DNA of 38,721 bases, from NCBI GenBank assembly GCA_041736175.1, contig JBGSUI010000156.1, forward strand, positions 1 to 38,721, in the 5' to 3' direction. Positions 1 to 7,450 of the stretch are shown here, piece after piece. Below the pieces are notes generated by a model. It was given only the letters and a program-made list of their open reading frames with translations. It searched no databases and had not been told where the DNA came from. A program made the position numbers and the translations under genes. Position 1 is the first letter of the stretch, and each line of letters opens with the position of its first letter. Source of the stretch: Oligoflexales bacterium. Lineage in GTDB: Bacteria; Bdellovibrionota_B; Oligoflexia; Oligoflexales; CAIYRB01.

Positions 1-373
1 GAAAATTGTCTTCCAAAGCCTTTACAAGCTCTACAGATGAGCATTGCATAACTTGCATAATATTTACCGCGTGCTTAGAAGTCGGGAGACTACTAGCATT
101 CATCCAATTAAATAATGCCTGCTTACTAACGCCAATTTCGCCTGCCAAACCTATAATGCTTTTACCATTTACTCTTAAATACTCAGCCACGAATGTACCA
201 AAAGAGGTGGGGTGCTCACTATCGTATAACAGGTTAAACTTGGCGCTTTTAGTTAAGCTTTCAGGCAACGAGTTGTCTTTTTCTGAGGCTTGTTTAACAC
301 CTCGGGCTGAACGTTCATCTCTATAAATAACTCCATCATATTTCCAGCCTTTAGCTGTTTTTTTAATTTCCAT
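1..373 (-). CDS. XRE/Cro-C1 helix-turn-helix protein, putative antitoxin (runs off the window; absent from the ORF track)
   Basis: Manual translation from ATG at 373 gives an open frame to position 2: MEIKKTAKGWKYDG...SFGTFVAEYLRVNGKSIIGLAGEIGVSKQALFNWMNASSLPTSKHAVNIMQVMQC..., an XRE-type HTH pattern. The start overlaps the stop of the DUF4160 gene. Confidence 0.8.
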   Translation of the reverse strand, partial: MEIKKTAKGWKYDGVIYRDERSARGVKQASEKDNSLPESLTKSAKFNLLYDSEHPTSFGTFVAEYLRVNGKSIIGLAGEIGVSKQALFNWMNASSLPTSKHAVNIMQVMQCSSVELVKALEDNF

Positions 374-551
374 GTAGCCGTCTCCATTCTTTTCCAATGG
401 GGTTCTGTCGATCTTTGACAAGTTCTACAACAAAATCTGGCAAAAATACCTTAATCTCAAATCCATCAACATATACGTGGCAATGAACCGGACTATGATC
501 TTTGGGCCAAACATGGATCAAAACACCACCATACTCATAGATTTTGCTCAT
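363..551 (-). CDS. DUF4160-family small protein (putative toxin), possibly shortened
   Basis: MSKIYEYGGVLIHVWPKDHSPVHCHV...EWRRLHG shows the DHxPxHxH motif and C-terminal W typical of DUF4160. ATG at 551 follows a G-rich RBS. Only 62 aa. Confidence 0.75.
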   Translation of the reverse strand: MSKIYEYGGVLIHVWPKDHSPVHCHVYVDGFEIKVFLPDFVVELVKDRQNPIGKEWRRLHGN

Positions 552-583
552 CCCATGCCCCCCCTTAGGGTAGGCTAGCAACC

Positions 584-611
584 CTATCGGAAAAGTCAAG
601 TTTAAACTTTA
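584..611 (-). promoter_or_regulatory. FliA (sigma28)-like promoter upstream of the DUF4160/HTH pair
   Basis: Minus strand TAAA-N16-TCCGATAG (TAAAGTTT...TCCGATAG); known consensus is TAAA-N15-GCCGATAA. Confidence 0.5.
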
Positions 612-846
612 CTTAAAATTTGTAAGAGCATGGATTAATTGATTTTTTAAACATAAAAAATCTAGCTGAGCTGACATCTTGTTGATTTTAGCCAGAAAGA
701 GGGCTCAGCTGGAAGTTCCGGAATTAGAAACCCTTGCAGTAAAATGCTATTTACATTTTCTTCGGCAGTGAGGTTTGGATCATAGGAATAGCTATCTACC
801 ACTGCTTCCCAAAAAAGGACATTGATTGCCTACCTAACTCTTCCGT

Positions 847-1710
847 TTAACCTTGGAGGGCAATTGGCTTAAGGGTGACTTTTTGGTCCTGGTCCACCAT
901 CACGAGATGCTGGGGAGGTACCTTGTGCCAATCAGCGGTGCGAGTGGTGAGTTTTTCGCTTACAATAAGCACTGAGTTGTTGGCCACATCCATGGGTTCC
1001 ATGCGGCAGACTCCAGCCTCGCACACATAGCGGGAGCCCTCGGACCAGTAGAGGGAAAGGGGCTCCTCGGTGGACCGAGATAAATACCTGGTTCCTACCA
1101 TCACGCGCCCATCGGAAACCACGGTGTTGAGGTAGGTGGGAAGCAAAATCCCCATGGATTCTTTAAGACCCTCAAGTTCCAAAATTGTTTTTGTAACTGC
1201 GTTAGAGAGTTCTTCTACAGAGAGAGATCCGCCCGTTTGCGGTAAGTTTTGCATCAATAACGCAAAATAATGCTCCGAATCGGTTTGTCCTTTGATCCAA
1301 GAGTAGAGGTTATCGTTGAGGCGGGTGCGAAGGGTCCTCTTGATCGCGTCAAACCCTTCGATGCTGCCATTATGCATCATCAAATAATGGTTAAATTTAA
1401 AGGGATGACAGTTGGCTTCAGAGATATCTCCAAAACTTGCGGCACGGACATGGGCAAAAAAAGAGCTGGAGCGAATGAGGGGAGCCATCGACTTGAGGTT
1501 TCGGTTGCTCCAGGCTGGAAAGATGGAAACAAAAACCGCCGGCTCAGGCGTCACATGGTGTTGATACCAGCCGACCCCAAAGCCATCCCCGTTGAGCGGT
1601 TCCTCGATCTCGCGGGCATCGTAGCTTTGTTTGATCAAAGAATGGCGAGGTTGGTACAGCAGGGTGTCTAAGTTGACGGGACAACCCTGGTAAGCCATAA
1701 GTCGGCACAT
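847..1710 (-). CDS. Class II glutamine amidotransferase family protein (EgtC/YafJ-like Ntn hydrolase)
   Basis: N-terminal MCRL nucleophile, NGDGFGVGWY, FAHVRAAS, NCHPF, MHNG, GQTDSE. Confidence 0.9.
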   Translation of the reverse strand: MCRLMAYQGCPVNLDTLLYQPRHSLIKQSYDAREIEEPLNGDGFGVGWYQHHVTPEPAVFVSIFPAWSNRNLKSMAPLIRSSSFFAHVRAASFGDISEANCHPFKFNHYLMMHNGSIEGFDAIKRTLRTRLNDNLYSWIKGQTDSEHYFALLMQNLPQTGGSLSVEELSNAVTKTILELEGLKESMGILLPTYLNTVVSDGRVMVGTRYLSRSTEEPLSLYWSEGSRYVCEAGVCRMEPMDVANNSVLIVSEKLTTRTADWHKVPPQHLVMVDQDQKVTLKPIALQG

Positions 1711-1725
1711 GGTGGTATCTTCCTT

Positions 1726-3111
1726 TTAACGCATCGCGCAGCACAAAACATAACCGATATGATTGAAACCAGTTGTTACGTGAGTGGCTGCCGCCCGCCA
1801 GTTTACACTGAGGCCCCCGATATATTCCTGAGCCCCGCATTCCGCCCCGTCTTGGCCAGCTGCGAGTCTTCGACACTTGGTATCAAGATAATTGGAGCTT
1901 GCTGCGGTCTTAGCACAAAGCATATTGGTGACCCCGACGGGAGCTGCACTTTTGTGAGAAACTCCAGCAAGAAAATAATCAAAGGGACACTCAAACTTGC
2001 GTTCGTTGGATGCCCAGTCATCCTGAAGTCTTCCTACCTTTGCATCACCGCTGTTATGAAGGGCGATCACTTTTTGGTCAATCCATTTTCCTGGATTGTC
2101 CTTAGATCGACAGCCAAGCTGCACTTCCGGGTCATTCCAGGAAAGGACTCCAAATGCGACTTGATTGTGGAAACAAGTGACCTTGATATGCCCGACAGCC
2201 CAATCGGCACTCGCGACACTAGATTCTACAGTGCGCCCACCATCGTTATTTCTCGACTTGTACCAGATGTCGTCTTTGGGGGTATTGGGAAACTCTGCGG
2301 GTTTGTCTTGGCCGAGCCATTTTTTAAGAAAGGCATCCGTAGTCTTATAACTGAGGAGTTTAGCGGTGGTGATGATTTCGTCGCCCACGACTTTAGAATA
2401 GAGTGTGATGGCGCCGACCCGATTGTTCCAGATCACAGGAGCACCCTCGTCGGCAGTTTCTTGTTTTGGCATGTTGCTGCGGGGACAAATGGTGGCTTTG
2501 TTGCTGGGGGCGTTGCTTTTGGGTCCCCTAAAGGTAATCAGACCGGTATTGAGATCAATCGTGTCGATTGTATTGCTGCCGATGCGTTTTTGCGGGTAAC
2601 CAGAGTAATCATAATCAGTGTTTGGTTGGTTGATATCTTGGCAACCGTAGCCGACGATCTGGATTTGAGTGCCTTTTTTAGCCGAATTAGGGTCAAAGTT
2701 AATCCTAGCTGGTCGCCTCTCGGGAGCTTTACCGGTCTTGGGATTTTTAAGCCATAGGTAGTCGATAAGTCCGAGAGTATGGGCGAGGTCTTTGGCTGGG
2801 TCGTCCTCCTTGATGACCGCTTCGCGACTTGACCTCCCCCTTGTGTCTTTACTAGTTATCTCATTGGCGCATTGGGTCGTGGTCAAAACATAGTTTTTAA
2901 CAGGATGATCATCGAGGGTTACAAAGGTCCCCGTACAACCCGTCAGGATCGCCACAGTCGCTTCGACCTTATCGTCGCTGACATCTGTGCCGCCGACGAT
3001 TTTGACGCCCGAGTCGTCGGCTGAGGGTTGGGGGGTCTTACAAGCAGAGGTCGTCAGCAGGTAACTGCTCGTCAAACTCAATAAAAAGGCCGGATATAAT
3101 TTAGCTTTCAC
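1726..3111 (-). CDS. Lipoprotein: inactive trypsin-like (S1) domain plus Cys-rich three-repeat C-terminal domain (paralog 1)
   Basis: Lipobox TSAC, KIVGG, GCTGTFV, IVGYG. LTTTQC replaces LTAAHC and ADEGAP replaces GDSGGP. GTG start with AAGGAG RBS. Confidence 0.8.
   Translation of the reverse strand: MKAKLYPAFLLSLTSSYLLTTSACKTPQPSADDSGVKIVGGTDVSDDKVEATVAILTGCTGTFVTLDDHPVKNYVLTTTQCANEITSKDTRGRSSREAVIKEDDPAKDLAHTLGLIDYLWLKNPKTGKAPERRPARINFDPNSAKKGTQIQIVGYGCQDINQPNTDYDYSGYPQKRIGSNTIDTIDLNTGLITFRGPKSNAPSNKATICPRSNMPKQETADEGAPVIWNNRVGAITLYSKVVGDEIITTAKLLSYKTTDAFLKKWLGQDKPAEFPNTPKDDIWYKSRNNDGGRTVESSVASADWAVGHIKVTCFHNQVAFGVLSWNDPEVQLGCRSKDNPGKWIDQKVIALHNSGDAKVGRLQDDWASNERKFECPFDYFLAGVSHKSAAPVGVTNMLCAKTAASSNYLDTKCRRLAAGQDGAECGAQEYIGGLSVNWRAAATHVTTGFNHIGYVLCCAMR
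2288..3004. repeat. ~715 bp near-identical duplicated segment, copy A (partner 3723-4439)
   Basis: Direct comparison shows the same sequence at offset +1435 with scattered substitutions; it covers the trypsin-like domain. Confidence 0.9.
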
Positions 3112-3169
3112 AAAGGACTCCTTTGAGGATAAATAGATGAAATCATAAAGTTACCATGATGATTGAGGA

Positions 3170-4552
3170 TCATTTTATCTTGCAGCATAAAACATAGCCT
3201 ATGTGGTTGGAACCGCCATTTCCGGGCACCATCCATTTCACGCTGACCCCACCAATATATTCGCCTTGGTTGCATGATGTAGCTTTAGTGCCTGTTCCGA
3301 TACTCCGACACTGTTTGTCTTGGAAATTGGTGCTTACAGCAGTCTTGGCGCAGAGGATATTGGTCAGGCCTATGGGATTGGTGGCTTTGACCGCTAAACC
3401 CACCAAAAAATAATCAAAAGGACACTCAAACTTACGTTCCTCATTTGCCCAATCCAACTCCGCTGTACGCCCCACCATTTCGTTACTATTGTTGTGAATC
3501 CAAATGGACTTCTGATCGAGCCACTTACCAGGACTATCTCTGGTGTGGCAGCCGATTTCCGCCCAACCTAAACTTTGGCCCACGCCAAAGGCAGCTTGAT
3601 TTTCCAGGCAGGTTACCTTTCGGGCCCCTGGTGCCCAATCGTAATCTTTCCCCGCAATTGAGGCAGTTCTTCCAGCATCTTTTCCATTTTCAGTGCTATA
3701 CCATTTAGATGCTGGGACATCTGGAAACTCTGCGAGTTTGTCTTGGCCGAGCCATTTTTTAAGAAAGGCATCCGTAGTCTTATAACTGAGGAGTTTAGCG
3801 GTGGTGATTATTTCGTCGCCCACGACTTTAGAATAGAGTGTGATGGCGCCGACCCGATTGTTCCAGATCACAGGAGCACCTTCGTCGGCAGTCTCATCTT
3901 TTGTCATATTGCTGCGGGGACAAATGGTGGCTTTGTTGCTGGGGGCGTTGCTTTTGGGTCCCCTAAAGGTAATCAGACCGGTATTGAGATCAATCGTGTC
4001 GATCGTATTGCTGCCGATGCGTTTTTGCGGGTAACCAGAGTAATCATAATCTGTGTTTGGCTGGTTGATATCTTGGCAACCATAGCCGACAATCTGGATT
4101 TGAGTGCCTTTTTTGGCCGAATTTGGGTCAAAGTTAATCCTTGCTGGTCGTCTCTCGGGAGCTTTGCCAGTCTTAGGATTTATAACCAAGGCATAGTCGA
4201 TAAGTCCGAGAGTATGGGTGAGGTCTTTGGCTGGGTCGTCCTCCTTGATGACCGCTTCGCGACTTGACCTCCCCCTTTGGTCTGTACTAGTTATCTCATT
4301 GGCGCATTTGGTCGTGGTCAAAACATAGTTTTTAACAGGATAATCATCGAGGGTTACAAAGGTCCCCGTACAACCCGTCAGGATCGCCACGGTCGCTTCG
4401 ACTTGGTTGTCATCCACCGCGGTGCCGCCGACGATTTTGGTAGTAGAGTCGTCGTTTGCACTTTGGGGAGTTTTGCATGCGGACAAAATCGTGGCTAAGA
4501 AAAGACATTTCCCTAGACTTGTGGGCGCTTTGTTATAAAACCAAGACTTCAC
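3170..4552 (-). CDS. Lipoprotein: inactive trypsin-like (S1) domain plus Cys-rich three-repeat C-terminal domain (paralog 2)
   Basis: Lipobox LSAC, KIVGG, GCTGTFV. LTTTKC and ADEGAP at the His and Ser positions. Same RBS context (CAAAGGAGTCC..GTG) as paralog 1. Confidence 0.8.
   Translation of the reverse strand: MKSWFYNKAPTSLGKCLFLATILSACKTPQSANDDSTTKIVGGTAVDDNQVEATVAILTGCTGTFVTLDDYPVKNYVLTTTKCANEITSTDQRGRSSREAVIKEDDPAKDLTHTLGLIDYALVINPKTGKAPERRPARINFDPNSAKKGTQIQIVGYGCQDINQPNTDYDYSGYPQKRIGSNTIDTIDLNTGLITFRGPKSNAPSNKATICPRSNMTKDETADEGAPVIWNNRVGAITLYSKVVGDEIITTAKLLSYKTTDAFLKKWLGQDKLAEFPDVPASKWYSTENGKDAGRTASIAGKDYDWAPGARKVTCLENQAAFGVGQSLGWAEIGCHTRDSPGKWLDQKSIWIHNNSNEMVGRTAELDWANEERKFECPFDYFLVGLAVKATNPIGLTNILCAKTAVSTNFQDKQCRSIGTGTKATSCNQGEYIGGVSVKWMVPGNGGSNHIGYVLCCKIK
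3723..4439. repeat. ~715 bp near-identical duplicated segment, copy B (partner 2288-3004)
   Basis: See copy A. Confidence 0.9.
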
Positions 4553-4677
4553 AGGGACTCCTTTGGGTATTTTAGGACCGACTATAATGTATAAATTGGA
4601 TTAAAGGCATCAATGGATAAAGTAAGTGCTCATAGGTGGAAATTATAACCGTTTTAGTGGGCTTTTCCAAGGCCGCC

Positions 4678-6192
4678 TCACAAATGGGGCCCCATGGTGA
4701 GAATCCGCAGGGTGCGGAGTTGGACTATATCAGGAACTTTTTCTAAACCTGATTGAGATGATCTTTGGGAGACGATCCTAGCGCATCTGGCCCTGATGAT
4801 ATCTTCTATCGGGGATGGAATCTTGGGATCAGAGAGGGCGGGGGCCGACGAGGCTTCCTGCCTCGCAGTGGACCCAGGGTCAGCCAGGGGAGCATTCAAA
4901 GCGTTAAACTGATCTTGGGTGATAAAGTTGGGGTTGATGGCTCCCAGTCTGGCGAGTCTTTTAAAGACCGGCAACGGCCATGGTGGCAAGGTCCTTTTGG
5001 GAGAATGTGGATAGGGTGCCCACTGGCTCACAAAGTGGCTCCAGAGCTTGAGTTTGTCTGGAGCTTTAAGATCACAAGTCTCCGGATAGCTAAACCAAAA
5101 AGCGGGTGGACCCTGCACCAAAAGGCGGAATCGGTGGAAAATTGAAAGCGATGGTATAGGATTTTTGTTGAGAGAGGGTTTCTGGATTGATTTCATCAAA
5201 TAGAATTCCAAGTTTCCCTCAAAAGCCAGGGAGCCGGGACGATCGATCTCCTGGCACAGGACTTCTTGGGGAGGGGGTGTCCAAAGGGGATTGGGGAGGT
5301 GATCTAATTCTCCATAGCGATCAAAGAGGCCAAGGACTGAGAGTCCGCTTTCTTCAAACCAGCGAAACCAGGTCCCAGCATCGATCCGCGCTTCTCGGGG
5401 ATGCAGGAAGGTGTCGGCAAACCGGGCGTCATTGTGGAGAGTCTGGGCACCCATTTGGGATAGAGCTTGGTTAAGTCTAGGGTTGGCGGCTGCGAGGCCT
5501 ATGATGAGCTCTCTAGCCAGCTGTAGGTCCTGGGGCAAACGAAAATCTATTTTTAAAAGCGCCAAGAGGCGCTGGATCTCCCAGATCCAGGTCCTTGCGC
5601 GGGAGTTATAGACCATCAAGCGAAGAGTCCCCCCTGGTTTGAGGGCTTTTCCTATTAACTCCAGTCCAGTCCGTGGTGAGGGTAAATGGTGGAGCACCCC
5701 GTAAGCGTCTATATGGTCAAAAATCCCTAGCGGAGACCGCCTTAAAAAGTTTATGAGATCTCCGTGGGCCAAAATCATGCTCCCTCGACGAGGGCTGAGT
5801 GCACTGAGACATTCCTCTGGGGTAAAAATCTTAAACAGGTTTTTCTGGGTCTGGGGGGACCTAAGAATGCGTAGCAACTGACTGACAGGTTTGGTGAGCC
5901 ACGAACGCCAGAGGGCTCGGGTGAGACTGGTTAGGGAGAGATCTAAACCGATACATGTGGTGCCGCGAGCAAGCCAAGGCGAGAGGACGGAAGGCAAGAT
6001 TTCGCCGCAGCCTGCTGCTAAAAAAAGCTGCCTGTTATCACAAGGGGTCCCATAAAAGCTCTGAATCCAGGGGAGACTGGACGTATAACCGGCGGTCCAC
6101 CTGGGAATAGCCAGCAAAGGATAGCGTGGGTAAGGGTGGGTCGTATAAAGCTCCTGCACCTGATTGATGGATTGACTGATGAAATCCGTCAT
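4678..6192 (-). CDS. Class I SAM-dependent methyltransferase
   Basis: LYTTHPYP, LAAGCGE, GLDLS, FDHIDAYGVLHHL, LKPGG, DTFLHPRE. Confidence 0.8.
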   Translation of the reverse strand: MTDFISQSINQVQELYTTHPYPRYPLLAIPRWTAGYTSSLPWIQSFYGTPCDNRQLFLAAGCGEILPSVLSPWLARGTTCIGLDLSLTSLTRALWRSWLTKPVSQLLRILRSPQTQKNLFKIFTPEECLSALSPRRGSMILAHGDLINFLRRSPLGIFDHIDAYGVLHHLPSPRTGLELIGKALKPGGTLRLMVYNSRARTWIWEIQRLLALLKIDFRLPQDLQLARELIIGLAAANPRLNQALSQMGAQTLHNDARFADTFLHPREARIDAGTWFRWFEESGLSVLGLFDRYGELDHLPNPLWTPPPQEVLCQEIDRPGSLAFEGNLEFYLMKSIQKPSLNKNPIPSLSIFHRFRLLVQGPPAFWFSYPETCDLKAPDKLKLWSHFVSQWAPYPHSPKRTLPPWPLPVFKRLARLGAINPNFITQDQFNALNAPLADPGSTARQEASSAPALSDPKIPSPIEDIIRARCARIVSQRSSQSGLEKVPDIVQLRTLRILTMGPHL

Positions 6193-6297
6193 GGTTTTGG
6201 GGTTCCTACTGTAGATATTTTGTTTATAATTTAGCTAGTTTGACTAAGGATCATTCATATTTAAATAAGATATTTATAAATATTGGGTGGTTATTTA

Positions 6298-6313
6298 TGG
6301 AATACATCTTGCA
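6298..6313 (+). promoter_or_regulatory. sigma54 -24/-12 promoter of the trypsin gene
   Basis: TGGAATACATCTTGCA (GG-N10-GC), 57 bp before ATG 6371, in an AT-rich intergenic region. Confidence 0.65.
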
Positions 6314-6370
6314 GCCATTATGGTCATATCTTTAAAAATTGATCATAGCAAAGTGTAGAGGTCTCCGGAC

Positions 6371-7444
6371 ATGAAAACTTTATTTATGATGACGGCAGGC
6401 TTAGTGGTTATCATTGGCTGCAACGATTCGCCCCGTTCGGAAAGATCCCGTAAAAAGGATACGAGCCCAGGCCAAATAGAACCAACTGCGGCCAGCCAAG
6501 GAGACCCAACTTCGACAACCCAAGAGGCCCCTTCAGGACGCAAATGTCTTAAGGTCGTCGGCGGAAGTCCCACCGACGAGTACCCCTATGTAGGTCTACT
6601 CTCAGTGGCCGGCGGCACAGGGATATGCACCGGTACTTTTGTGGGACACAATACCATGATTACTGCAGCCCATTGTGTTGCCGGTAAATCCAAAGATGGA
6701 AATTTAGCTTATGTTCAAAACCCTCCGAAAAAAGTCACCTCAAACAGCGTTGCTAACATGTATGGGAAGGGCGTTAAACCGCTTAAGATATTTGTGGCTG
6801 ACAAGGCAAAAGCATTGGATGGAAATAAGGAGATCAAGCCAATATCTGGTGCGGCCAAGGACCTTGCCATATTGATTTTTCCGGACGAGACTGCCCCAGA
6901 AACCACGGCAGTCTTAAGGCGAGAGGCGACCGCCAAGGAGACCGTGACAATCGTAGGCTACGGTATGACTGAATGGAAAGACCCCAAGGAAGAGGAATCT
7001 CCAAAGACTGATTTTTTTAAGCGAGTGGGTACCAATAAACTCTTGATCCTTGACAACACTTGGACTGAAGAACTGGTAAGGGATTTTGGAGACGACTTTT
7101 ATATCGTCGGTGGTCCCGCTACCTCTGATGGAAAAACTCAGACCAAAACAGCTCTGGGAGCTCCCGGAGATTCGGGTGGGCCACTGCTGGTCAACGAGAC
7201 TGTGGTTGGCGTGATGGTGGTAGGCATGAAAAATCCAGAGGAAGTAAAAGCGGCCTTCGGTAACACAGAAGCCGTATTGTTTCATGTGAAACTCCAGGAA
7301 AAACCTGCTTTGGACCTGATGGACAAGGCAGTCAAGGCAGGTGGCCAAATTGAGTTTACGGATGCCGCCGTTAGAAAACCTAAAAGCAAGCCGGTAAAAT
7401 CAGAATCCACCAGCGGGATTTCCAAGTCAGATGCGTGTTCCTAA
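6371..7444 (+). CDS. Trypsin-like serine protease (S1), lipoprotein, intact catalytic triad
   Basis: Lipobox IIGC, KVVGG, CTGTFV, ITAAHC, KDLAIL, GDSGGPL. Confidence 0.9.
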   Translation: MKTLFMMTAGLVVIIGCNDSPRSERSRKKDTSPGQIEPTAASQGDPTSTTQEAPSGRKCLKVVGGSPTDEYPYVGLLSVAGGTGICTGTFVGHNTMITAAHCVAGKSKDGNLAYVQNPPKKVTSNSVANMYGKGVKPLKIFVADKAKALDGNKEIKPISGAAKDLAILIFPDETAPETTAVLRREATAKETVTIVGYGMTEWKDPKEEESPKTDFFKRVGTNKLLILDNTWTEELVRDFGDDFYIVGGPATSDGKTQTKTALGAPGDSGGPLLVNETVVGVMVVGMKNPEEVKAAFGNTEAVLFHVKLQEKPALDLMDKAVKAGGQIEFTDAAVRKPKSKPVKSESTSGISKSDACS

Positions 7445-7450
7445 AAGACT

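Noticed and set aside
6..326. 106-aa plus-strand ORF
   Set aside because: Antisense shadow of the real minus-strand HTH gene (373 to <1).
661..713. Inverted repeat TCTAGCTGAGC...GCTCAGCTGGA as an ncRNA or MITE
   Set aside because: Single copy, long loop, no recognisable RNA family or target duplication.
847..1710. Ergothioneine biosynthesis cluster (egtC)
   Set aside because: No egtB/egtD adjacent and the nearby methyltransferase does not resemble EgtD; only family-level assignment is supported.
1759..2757. 332-aa plus-strand ORF (and 3743-4267)
   Set aside because: Antisense to the pseudo-trypsin genes, no motifs, and not preserved at full length in the second copy.
2288..4439. Diversity-generating retroelement TR/VR pair
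   Set aside because: No reverse transcriptase in the window, both copies are coding, and differences are not adenine-specific.
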